Origin: Mustelus asterias
Lineage: Eukaryota
Length of the DNA: 64,000 nucleotides
Direction of reading: 5' to 3'
Assembly: GCF_964213995.1 (NCBI RefSeq)
Contig: NW_027590177.1
Location: 124,001-188,000, forward strand
Numbering within the stretch: the first letter of the stretch is position 1; the number at the start of each line of letters is the position of its first letter. The position numbers and the translations under genes were made by a program. Below are positions 37,015-48,080 of the stretch, in pieces. The notes beneath the pieces were generated by a model. The model saw nothing but the letters and a program-made list of their open reading frames with translations. It did no database searches and was not told the origin of the DNA.

Positions 37015-39821
37015 TTGAGGTGTGTCTATTTCAATGCCAGGAGTATTGTGGGGAAGGCAGATGAGCTGAAGGCGTGGATAGACACGTGGAAATATGACAT
37101 TATAGCCATCAGTGAAACTTGGCTACAGGAGGGGCAGGACTGGCAGCTCAATGTTCCAGGGTTCCAATGTTTCAGGCGGGATAGAGGCAGAGGGATAAAA
37201 GGTGGGGGGGTGGCATTGTTGGTCAGGGAAAATGTTACAGCGGTACTCAGGCAGGATAGATTAGGGAGCTTGTCTACAAAGGCCCTATGGGTGGAGCTGA
37301 GAAACAGGAAAGGTATGACCACATTAATGGGCTTGTATTATAGACCACCCAATAGTCAGCGAGAATTGGAGGAGCAAATCAGCGGAGAGATAGCTGACAA
37401 CTGCAAGAAACACAAAGTTGTGATAGTAGGGGATTTTAATTTTCCACATATAGATTGGGACTCGCATACTGTTAAAGGTTTAGACGGGGTAGAGTTTGTA
37501 AAATGTGTTCAGGAGAATTTTCTACATCCGTATATAGAGGTGCCAACTAGAGAGGATGCGATATTGGATCTCCTATTGGGAAATGAGTTAGGGCAGGTGA
37601 TGGATGTGAGTGTGAGGGAATACTTTGGATCCAGTGATCATAATGCCATTAGTTTCAACCTGATCGTGGATAAGGATAGATCTGGTCCTCGAGTTGAAGT
37701 TCTGAACTGGAAAAAGGCCAAATTTGATGAAATGAGAAGGGATCTGGGAAGTGTGGATTGGCACAGGCTGTTCTCTGGTAAGGATGTAATTGGAAAGTGG
37801 GAGGCCTTCAAAGGAGAAATTTTGAGAGTGCAGAGTTTGTATGTTCCTGTCAGGATTAAAGGCAAAGTAAATAGGAATAAGGAACCTTGGTTCTCGAGGG
37901 AGATTGTAACACTGATTAAGAGGAAGAGAGAGTTGTATGAAATGTACAGGCAGCAAGGAACAGATCAGATGCTCGAGGAGTATAAAAAGTGCAAGAAGCT
38001 ACTTAAGAGGGAAATCAGGAGGGCTAAAAGAAGACATGAGGTTGCTTTGGCAGACAGAGTGAAGGAAAATCCAAAGAGCTTCTATAGGTATGTTAGGAGC
38101 AAAAGGATAGTGAGGGATAAAATTGGTCCTCTTGAAGACCAGAGTGGTACACTGTGTATGGAACCAAAAGAGATGGGGGAGATACTAAATGGTTTTTTTG
38201 CATCCGTATTTACTGAGGAAACGGGCATGGAGTCTACGGAAATAGGGCAAACTGGTAGGGAGGCCATGGAACCGTTACAGATTAAAAGGGAGGAGGTGCT
38301 CGCTGTCTTGAGGCAAATCAGAGTGGATAAATCCCCAGGACCGGACAGGGTATTCCCACGGACCTTGAGGGAAGCTAGTGTTGAACTTGCAGGGGCCCTG
38401 GCAGACATATTTAAAATGTCAGTCTTCACGGGGGAGGTGCCGGATGATTGGAGGGTGGCTCATGTTGTTCCGTTGTTTAAAAAAGGTTCCAAAAGAAATC
38501 CGGGAAACTATCGGCCAGTAAGTTTGACGTCGGTGGTGGGCAAGTTATTGGAAGGTGTGATACGGGATAGGATCTACAAATATTTGGATAGACAGGGACT
38601 TATTAGGGAGAGTCAACATGGCTTTGTGCGTGGTAGGTCATGTTTGACCAATCTATTAGAGTTTTTCGAAGAGGTTACCAGGAAAGTGGATGAAGGGAAG
38701 GCGGTGGATGTTGTCTACCTGGATTTCAGCAAGGCCTTTGACAAGGTCCCTCATGGAAGGTTAGTTAGGAAGGTTCAGTCGCTAGGTATACATGGGGAGG
38801 TAGTAAATTGGATAAGACACTGGCTCAATGGAAGAATCCAGAGAGTGCTTGTGGAGGATTGCTTCTCTGAGTGGAGGCCTGTGACTAGTGGTGTGCCGCA
38901 GGGATCGGTGTTGGGTTCATTGTTGTTTGTCATCTATATCAATGATCTGGATGATAATGTGGTCAATTGGATCAGCAAGTTTGCTGATGATACAAAGATT
39001 GAGGTGTAGTGGACAGTGAGGAAGGTTTTCAAAGCTTGCAGAGGTATTTGGACCAACTAGAAAAATGGGCTGAAAAATGGCAAATGGAATTTAACGCAGA
39101 CAAGTGTGAGATATTGCACTTTGGAAGGACAAATCAAAGTAGAACATACAGGGTAAATGGTAGGACTCTGAAGAGTGCAGTTGAACAGAGGGATCTGGGA
39201 ATACAGGTACAGAATTCCCTAAAAGTGACGTCACAGGTGGATAGGGTCGTAAAGAGTGCCTTTGGTACATTGGCCTTTATAAATCGGAGTATCGAGTATA
39301 AAAGTTGGAGTGTTATGGTAAGGTTATATAAGGCATTGGTGAGGCCGAATTTGGAGTATTGTGTACAGTTCTGGTCACCTAGTTACAGGAAGGATGTAAA
39401 TAAGATTGAAAGAGTGCAGAGAAGGTTCACAAGGATGTTGCCGGGACTTGAGAAGCTGAGTTACAGAGAGAGATTGAATAGGTTGGGACTTTATTCCCTG
39501 GAGTGTAGAAGATTGAGGGGAGATTTGATAGAGGTGTATAAGATTTTGATGCGTATAGATAGAGTGAATGCAAGCAGGCTTTTTCCGCTGAGGCTAGGGG
39601 AGAAAAAAACCAGAGGGCATGGGTTAAGGGTGAAAGGAGAAAAGTTTAAAGGGAATATTAGGGGGGGCTTCTTCACGCAGAGAGTGGTGGGAGTGTGGAA
39701 TGAGCTGCGAGATAAAGTGGTAAATGCGGGGTCACTTTTACCATTTAAGAAAAAGTTGGACGGGTTCATGGATGAGAGGGGTGTGGAGGGATATGGTCCA
39801 AGTGCAGGTCAGTGGGACTAG
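37015..39821 (+). pseudogene. CR1 ORF2 (endonuclease + RT), frameshifted just after FADDTKI
   Basis: ORFs 37015-39009 and 39009-39821 are contiguous parts of one protein; attgaggtgta is found where attggaggtgta is expected. Confidence 0.85.
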
Positions 39822-39892
39822 GCATAAAATGGTTCGGCACAGACAAGAAGGGCCAAAAGGCCTGTTTCTAAGCTGTAATTTTCTATGGTTCT

Positions 39893-40458
39893 ATAAGGCA
39901 TTGGTGAGGCCGAATTTGGAGTATTGTGTACAGTTTTGGTCACCTAGTTACAGGAAGGATGTAAATAAGATTGAAAGAGTGCAGAGAAGGTTCACAAGGA
40001 TGTTGCTGGGACTTGAGAAGCTGAGTTACAGAGAGAGATTGAATAGGTTGGGACTTTATTCCCTGGAGCGTAGAAGATTGAGGGGAGATTTGATAGAGGT
40101 GTATAAGATTTTGATGGGTATAGATAGAGTGAATGCAAGCGGCTTTTTCCGCTGAGGCTAGGGGAGAAAAAAACCAGAGGGCATGGGTTAAGGGTGAAAG
40201 GAGAAAAGTTTAAAGGGAATATTAGGGGGGGCTTCTTCACGCAGAGAGTGGTGGGAGTGTGGAATGAGCTGCCAGATAAAGTGGTAAATGCGGGGTCACT
40301 TTTACCATTTAAGAAAAAGTTGGACGGGTTCATGGATGAGAGGGGTGTGGAGGGATATGGTCCAAGTGCAGGTCAGTGGGACTAGGCATAAAATGGTTCG
40401 GCACAGACAAGAAGGGCCAAGGGCCAGTTTCTGAGCTGTAATTTTCTATGGTTCTATG
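39893..40458 (+). mobile_element. 3' piece of the same interrupted CR1 copy
   Basis: Direct repeat of about 39327-39892 with only a handful of differences. Confidence 0.88.
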
Positions 40459-41392
40459 ATGCCTTAATTTAAGAAAACATCTTTTGCCCTTACTCAGTAC
40501 TTATCCCTCTATTCCCTCCCGATGCATGCACCCATCCAGATGCCTCCTAAATGTTGCTAATGTGCCTATTTCCACCACCTCCTCTGGTAGCGCATTCCAG
40601 CCACCCACCACTCTCTCCCTGAAACTTTCTCCCTCTCGCCTTGAACCTGTGTCTCCTTGGAAATAGGCGGTCTTAATCATGATGTGGATATGTGGTTGGA
40701 AGCTCAAATTGGGGTGAAATATTTCACCACAGTTGCGAACAGCCTGGTTCAGCCTCAGATAGTTGCCAGGAAGTTGTTGGCGAGGGAATGGAGTTTGTAG
40801 TTCGGACTGAAGACAATGGTTTCAGTCTTCCCAGTATTTATAAAAAAAGTTTCTGTTCTTTGAGTACAGGATGTCAGATAAGTCAGGATGATGTGTGAGT
40901 TGGAGGGGAACTTGGAGTTGATGGGGTGTACTTTTACCTGCTACCCTGGTCTTTGGTAGTGGAGGTTGAGGTCTTGGGAGATTCTGTCAAAGATCTGTTG
41001 AGTTGTAGATGTATAAAATCCCTCTCCTTCACCCCCGATCTCTCCTATTTTTCTCTGTCTCCTCCAAGAGTGTCCACAGTCTTGTGTTGATCCAGACTGG
41101 GTGTCAGGTTTCCTTCCCTGAAGGATATTGGTGAACCAGTTGGGTTTTGATGAAAAACCAGCAATTTTCCTAGTGTCGACCCCGCAAATTCCCAGATTCA
41201 TTCAGCTCAATTTCACAACCTGCTTTTGTGTTTTTGTGGGTTCTCTCTCACTCCCTTTTTTCTGTTTTAAATCAATTTCACAGGGTTTCAGAAGAGGAGG
41301 ATTTGTAGTTTGGAAACTGAAACCAAACATGATATCAGAACCTGATGGAGTTGGTCAATTTATTATAACCTGAATATCGTTGTATTTTGAAC

Positions 41393-42346
41393 ATGGAAGA
41401 AAAAAGCACCGTTCACAGTGGAGAGAAACTGTACACGTGTTCTATGTGTGGACAAGACTTTAACCAATCATCAAGTCTTTCGGAACATAATTGTCGTCAC
41501 AACAGGGAGATGGCATGGAAGTGTGAGGATTGTGGGAAGGGATTCAATTGCCCATCCCTGCTGGAAACCCATCGATGCAGTCATGCTGGGAAGAGACCAT
41601 TCACTTGCTCCCTGTGCGGGAAGGGATTCAATTGGCCATCCAACCTAGCAATACACCAGCGAGTTCACACTGGGGAGAAACCGTTCACCTGCTCCCAGTG
41701 TGGGAAGCAATTTTCTCACTCGTACAACCTGCGGATACACCAGCGAGTTCACACTGGGGAGAAGCCATTCACTTGTTCTCAGTGTGGGAAGGGATTCGCT
41801 CATTCAGCCAATTTGTTGAGACACCAGCAAATTCACACTGGGGAAAAGCCGTTCACCTGCTCCCAGTGTGGGAAGGAATTCGCTAACCAATCTCACCTGC
41901 TAATACACCAGCGAGTTCACACTGGGGAGAGGCCGTTCACTTGTTCTGTATGTGGGAGGGGATTCACTCAGTCATCTGACCTGCTGATACACCAACGAGT
42001 TCACACTGGGGATAGGCCTTTTATCTGCTCCCAATGTGGGAAGGGATTCACTCGTTCAGCCAAGCTGCTGATACACCAGCAAGTTCACACTGGGGAGAAG
42101 CCATTCACCTGCTCTGTGTGTGGAAAGGGATTCAGTCAGTCATTCAATCTATTGGCACATCAGCGAATTCACACTGGGGAGAGGCCTTTCACTTGTTCTC
42201 AATGTGGGAAGAGATTCAGTCAGTCATCCCATCTGCGGACACACCAGCGAATCCACACTGGGGAGAGGCAGTTCACTTGCTCCCAGTGTGGGACGGGATT
42301 CACTACCTCATCCAATCTCCTGAGACACCAGCGAACTCACAAGTAA
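41393..42346 (+). CDS. C2H2 ZNF, 11 fingers (Z5, MEEKS type)
   Basis: ATG at 41393; uninterrupted array; acceptor tttcacag ending at 41283. Confidence 0.9.
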   Translation: MEEKSTVHSGEKLYTCSMCGQDFNQSSSLSEHNCRHNREMAWKCEDCGKGFNCPSLLETHRCSHAGKRPFTCSLCGKGFNWPSNLAIHQRVHTGEKPFTCSQCGKQFSHSYNLRIHQRVHTGEKPFTCSQCGKGFAHSANLLRHQQIHTGEKPFTCSQCGKEFANQSHLLIHQRVHTGERPFTCSVCGRGFTQSSDLLIHQRVHTGDRPFICSQCGKGFTRSAKLLIHQQVHTGEKPFTCSVCGKGFSQSFNLLAHQRIHTGERPFTCSQCGKRFSQSSHLRTHQRIHTGERQFTCSQCGTGFTTSSNLLRHQRTHK

Positions 42347-42509
42347 CTATTGTGATTGGATTTTGCTGTTAATCATATTCAAACTGAACCATGTTCATTT
42401 GGGTCTGTTGGTGGAATTGAAAAATAACTCCAGCTCTGTTACAGATGTTAATATAGTTGGTCTTAGAAGGGGAGGATTTGGGTTCAGGAAGCTCACACAA
42501 AACATTAGT

Positions 42510-43640
42510 TCAAGGTACCACATGGTAGGTTGTTGCATAAGATTAAATCTCATGGGATCCAGGGTGAGGTAGCCAAATGGATACAAAATTGGCTTAATGA
42601 CAGAAGACAGAGGGTGGTTGTAGAGAGTTGTTTTTCAAACTGGAGGCCTGTGACCAGTGGTGTGCCTCAGGGATCAGTGCTGGGCCCACTGTTATTTGTC
42701 ATTTATATTAATATTGTGGATGAGAATTTAGTCGGCATGTTTAGTAAGCTTGCAGATGACACCAAGATTGGTGGTACAGTGGACAGTGAAGAAGGTTATC
42801 TAGGATTGCAAAGGGATCTTGATCAATTGGGCCAGTGGGCTGACGAGTGGCAGATGGAGATTAATTTAGATAAATGCGAGGTGATGCATTTTGGTAGATT
42901 GAGCCAGGGCAGGACTTACTCAGTTAATGGTCGGCCACTGGGGAGAGTTACAGAACAAAGAGATCTCGGGATACATGTTCATAGCTCCTTGAAAGTGGAG
43001 TCACAGGTGGACAGAGTGGTGAAGAAGGCATTCGGCATGCTTGGTTTCATCGGTCAGAACGTTGAATACAGGAGTTGGAATGTTTTGTTGAAGTTGTACA
43101 AGACATTGGTAAGGCCACACTTGGAATACTGTGTGCAATTCTGGTCACCCTATTATCGAAAGGATATTATTAAACTAGAAAGAGTGCAGAAAAAATTTAT
43201 TAGGATGTTACCGGGATTTGACGGTTTGAGTTATAAGGAGAGGCTGGATAGACTGGGACTTTTTTCTCTGGAGCGTAGAGGCTGAGGGGTGACCTTATAG
43301 AGGTCTATAAAATAATGAGGGGCATAGATCAGCTAGATAGTCAATATCTTTTCCCAAAGATAGGGGAGTCTAAAACTAGAGCACATAGGTTTAAGGGGAG
43401 AGGGGAGAGAGACAAAAGTGTCCAGAGGGGCAATTTCTTTCACAGAGGGCGGTGAATGTCTGGAACAAGCTGCCAGAGGTAGTAGTAGAGGCGGGTACAA
43501 TTTTGTATTTCAAAAACGTTTAGATAGTTACATGAGTAAGATGAGTATAGAGGGATGTGGGCAATTGGGACTAGTTTGGGGGTTAAAAAAAGGGGTGTCA
43601 TGGACAAGTTGGGCCGAAGGGCCTGTTTCCATGCTGTAAA
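42510..43640 (+). mobile_element. 5'-truncated CR1
   Basis: RT ORF 42530-43285 and 3' tail; similar to 7025-7878. Confidence 0.9.
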
Positions 43641-43654
43641 CCTCAGCACAATTT

Positions 43655-45125
43655 ATCATAACCTGAACAGCAGAGAATTTTGTCCATGGAAGCAAACCAC
43701 CATCCACAACCACAGTGAGAAACCAGGGAAATGTGGAGACTGAGGAGATATTCAGTTACACATCAGAGCTGGAAACTGATTGACGCACTCATCTGCTGTG
43801 TGTGTGGGAACGGCTTCACTGTCGTCCCAGCTTTCTGCACAACAGCGAATTTACACCGGGGAGATGCCATTTATAAGCTTCAAGTATGGGAAGTGTGATG
43901 AGAATGTTGCGATGGATATGTATGTATATATACTTATTATATACATATATATTACATACATTGTTTTTATGTTTAGAGAGAATGTTTAAAAATTCAGCTT
44001 TATTCTACAGGCTCAAGGGTTCTGAAAGCAAGTTAATAACTCATTTTAGCTAGAAATTTGTTTCTTTGATAGAGCTAATGAGCTTTTGTTTATATAAGAA
44101 GCTCCCCTTGGATTTCTGACTAGTATTGTTACAGGGTCATGGGATAGTGTGGGTCTGTGCAGCAAGAAAGAAGCTTTTGCAGTTCTGGCAAGGAACTGTT
44201 GGAGGGTTTCTACAAACTGATCTAAGGCTTGTTTTCTCTCTAAAAGCTTCAAGACTGTCTAGACTCAGTGAAGAATCCCTACAGTGCAGAAGGACGCCAT
44301 TCAGACCATCGAGCCTGCACCGACAACAATTCCACCCAAGCCCTATCCCCATAGCCCCACATATTTACCTTTCTCATCCCCGTGACACTGAGGAAAAACT
44401 TTACTGGGTCAATCTACCAAACCTGCACATACTTAGAGTGTGGGTGGAAATGGGAGCAATGGAGAAAACCCACGCAGACACGGAGAACGTGCAAACTCCA
44501 CATATTCATCCAAGGCCACAATTGATCCTGGCTCCCTGGCACTGTGAGCAATGCTGACATGCCACCCTAGCAAGTATACATATGGTTGCTAACTGTATTT
44601 AAAGTGTCATTTACATCTCTTAAGAGGAACTGAAACAATGAAAGGTTAGAAATTAAAGTTGTTTCATTTTTAAATGTTGTTCAACTGTTAATAACTGCTT
44701 CATTTGTTAGAGTTATCTTTGAACTGTGATATTAAATAAAGATTGTTTTACTATAAAAGATCCCCAAGTCAGTGAAATTACTCCTGGAATGAAACATTCT
44801 AACCTCACATTTATGCCAACATAGAAATGTTGTTGGGGTCTGGTCTGGCTTCCTAATGTAATTTAGGGGTTTTAGTCCAGGACCCTAACAGGATCCACCC
44901 TGCAAACACCCACGTTTCACACTGGGGAGAGACCTTAAAAGTGCCCAGCCTGTGGGAAGTGTTGCAAAAGCTTTGGACAACATGTTCACACTGATGAGAC
45001 CATTCAGTTGCTTTTCCTGTGAGACTGGGTTCAGGAGATCATCTCAACTCACTGTGCACCAGTAAGTTCACACTGGGGAGAGGCTATTCACCTGCTTTGA
45101 GTTTGGGAAGAGATTCACTCTGTTT
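43655..45125 (+). pseudogene. Decayed ZNF exon split by a solo LTR
   Basis: Finger-like DNA with stops and indels (gagaaaccagggaaatgtggagactga; cacactggggagagacc) at about 43655-43893 and 44891-45125. Confidence 0.8.
43894..44890 (+). mobile_element. Probable solo LTR, with a SINE inserted at about 44272-44570
   Basis: TGT...ACA ends exactly interrupt finger DNA gggaag|ggatcc. tatataag near 44090 and aataaa near 44735. No clear TSD. Confidence 0.62.
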
Positions 45126-45212
45126 TGAAGTTTTCTCCATTTCTGCGTGGGTTTTCTCCATTGCTCCCATTTCCACCCACACTCTAAGTATGTGCAGTTT
45201 CTGCAGTATCTG

Positions 45213-45500
45213 GAATCATAGAATCCCTGCAGTGCAGAAGGAGGCCATTTGGCCCATCGAGTCTACACCGACAACAATCCCACCCAGGCTCTGTCCGCAT
45301 AACCCCACATACCTACCCCACTAATCCCTCTAATCTATGCATCCTGTGACACTGAGGGGCAATTTAGCATGCCTAATGAACCTAACCAGCACCTCTTTTG
45401 GACTGTGGGAGGAAACTGGAGCACCCGGAGGAAACCCATTTAAACATGGGCAGAACATGCAAACTCCACACAATGACCCAAGCCGGGAATCAAACCCAGG
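45213..45500 (-). mobile_element. HE1-type V-SINE
   Basis: Tail and body on the minus strand. Other fragments at 95-151, 9205-10045 (interrupted) and 15868-16190. Confidence 0.82.
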
Positions 45501-45727
45501 TCTAGTTTTTGGGTCACTGTGGATCAGTTTTCTGTCACTTACCGTTACCTGTTTAAAGGTAAAGGAGTTTTTAAAGAATAAGGCAACAGTAACTGTCACC
45601 CTGTTCAACATGAAACTCTCTATTAATTCTTCCTCAGTAACAATTTTAAACACAAAGTTTGCAGTGGGGATTGAAGCGGGGACTTTCTCCTATAAAGTTG
45701 CAGTGATAATGAGTGTCCTGGGGAAAC

Positions 45728-45766
45728 CCACCTGATGAAGGAACAGCCGGTTCCGAAAGCTAGTGG
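45728..45766 (+). ncRNA. Minimal type I hammerhead ribozyme in a Penelope terminus (element continues to about 45825)
   Basis: ccac CTGATGA a ggaac-agccg-gttcc GAAA gcta gtgg: helix I ccac/gtgg, helix II 5 bp, palindromic AGCT at helix III. Confidence 0.72.
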
Positions 45767-45949
45767 CTTTTGCTACCAAATAAACCTGTTGGACTTTAAC
45801 CTAGTGTTGTTAGACTTCTTACTGTAATGACCCGGACAGAGGGGAACTGACCATCCATCCCCAGCTCGAATTCCCAAACAGAAAATGCTGCCAATAATCT
45901 TCAAGTCAGCCTGAGTCTGTGGCCCCTCCCTCAATCTGAACTGTCACAA

Positions 45950-46370
45950 TGCCCGGCTGATTGACGGCAGCTCTGGACCAATAGAGGCAGAGGGGCGGGA
46001 CTGGAGGACCGAGCGGGAGCGGCTGGTCCTCCAACCAATGGGAGTGAATGAGGGGCGGGGCTGGGCTGGGAGTGAAGCATGCGCAGTGTGGTGAATGGCG
46101 GTTGGAGAGGTGATTGTTATTTTGATCCACAATCGCTAGCAGAAAATAGTGGATGTGAGGGAGCGATGGATCCAGCTACCGGGCGGAGATGTTTCCTAAA
46201 CATGTTGTGTAATCCCCGAAAAAGAGCTTCCAGGGTCTTCCAGCTGCACTGAGTGGGTCTCCAGCTCCGAGTGATCGGTCCGGGTTAGCGGCCATCTTTA
46301 TTGGGGCCAATGTGCAACGGGGATAGTGTGCAACAGGGCTTATGCATGGCTGCCATCTTTGTAGGGGGCA
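45950..46370 (+). promoter_or_regulatory. Promoter/first-exon module P4 (probably for Z6)
   Basis: Collinear with P3: gattgacggc-ctctggaccaatag-GC box-palindrome-ccaat-GC box-catgcgcagtg; gccatctt motifs downstream. Confidence 0.75.
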
Positions 46371-46469
46371 AAGTTGTCAATGAGTGGGAGGAGCTTGTTC
46401 CCCATTGTTCAGAATGGAGACAACTTGTCCACCAAACTGCATCAACCCTCTGAGTCCCAGTGTCTTATC

Positions 46470-46530
46470 GATGAGGCGCTCTGGTGGCAGAAAAGGAAAG
46501 ATGAGGCGCTCTGGTGGCAGAAAAGGAAAG
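46470..46530. repeat. 30-bp tandem duplication
   Basis: gatgaggcgctctggtggcagaaaaggaaa x2. Confidence 0.92.
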
Positions 46531-46552
46531 AAAGGGAAATAAATGACTTAAA

Positions 46553-48080
46553 GATATGGCAAATGCACTAGTGGTAATTTACCAAAATTTGCTGGACTCT
46601 GGGGTGGTTCCCGCAGATTGGAAAACAGCAAATGTGACGCTACTGTTTAAAAAAGCAGGTAGACAAAAGGCAGGTAACTATAGGCCAGTTAACTTAACTT
46701 CTGTAGTAGGGAAAATGCTTGAATCTATCATCAAGGAAGAAATAGTGAGACATCTGGATATAAATTGTACCATCGATAAGATGCAGCATGGGTTCATGAA
46801 GGGCAGGTCGTGTTTGACTAATTTGGTGGAATTCTTTGAGAACATTACGTGCACAGTGGACAATGGGGAACTTGTGGATGTGGTGTATCTGGATTTTCAG
46901 AAAGCATTTGACAAGGTGCAGCACCAAAGACTGCTACATAAGATAAAGGTGCACAGTGTTACAGGTAATGTATTAGCATGGATAGAGGATTGGTTAACTA
47001 AGAGAAAGCAAAGGGTGGGGGTAAATGGGTGTTATTCTGGTTGGTGATCAGTGACTAGTGGTGTGCTTCAGGGATCAGTGTTGGGACCGCAATTGTTTCC
47101 AATTTACATAGATGATTTGAAGTTGGGGACCAAGTATAGTGTGTCAAAATTCACAGATGACATTAAGATGGGTGGCAGAGCAAAGTGTGCAAAGGACACT
47201 GAAAGTCTGCAAAGGGATATAGCTAGTCTAAGTGAATGAGCAAGGGTCTGGCAGATGGAGTACAATGTTGGTAATTGTGAGGTCATCCATTTTGGTAGGA
47301 ATAGCAGCAAAATGGACTATTATTTAAATGGTAAAGAATTGCAGCATGCTGCTGTGCAGAGGGACCTGGATGTCCTTGTGCATTAATCACAAAAAGTTGG
47401 TTTGCAGATGCAGCAGGTAATTAAGGCGGCAAATGGAATTTTGTCCTTCATTGTGAGAGGAATGGAGTTTAAAAACAGCGAGGTTATGTTGCAGCTGTAT
47501 AAGGTGCTGGTGAGGCCACATCTGGAGTACTGTGTACAGTTTTGGTCTCCTTACTTGAGAAAGGATATACTGGCACTGGAGGGGGTACAGAGGAGGTTCA
47601 CTTGGTTGATTCCAGAGTTGAGAGGATTGGCTTATGAGGAGAGACTGAGTAGACTGGGGCTATACTCATTGGAATTCAGAAGAATGAGGGGAGATCTTAT
47701 AGAAACATATAAAATTATGAAGGGAATAGATAACATAGAAGCAGCGAAGTTGTTTCCACTGACAGATGAAACTAGAACTAGGGGGGGCATAGCCTCAAAA
47801 TAAGGGGGAGCAGATTTAGGATTGAGTTGAGGAGGAACTTCTTCACACGAAGGGTTGTGAATCTGCGTAATTCCCTGCCCAGTGAAGCAGTTGAGACTAC
47901 CTCAGTGAATGTTTTTAAGACAAGGATAGATAAATTTTTGAACAGTAAAGCAAGCAAGGCTCATGGTGGGCAGGCGAGTAAGTGGAGTTGAGTCCATGAA
48001 AAGCTCAGCCATGATCTTATTGAATAGCAGAGCATGTTCGAGGGGCCAGATGGCCTACTCCTGCTCCTAGTTCTTATGTT
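46553..48080 (+). mobile_element. Degenerate 5'-truncated CR1
   Basis: RT fragments in ORFs starting at 46556, 47051 and 47402, with stops; tail ttcttatg. Confidence 0.9.

Larger units (their letters stand above)
35763..39892 (+). mobile_element. Full-length CR1 LINE of a second subfamily; two apparent 1-nt deletions in ORF2
   Basis: ORF1 35958-36899. ORF2 about 36890-39821, broken near 36910 (G run) and near 39001. Tail ttctatggttcta. Confidence 0.92.
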
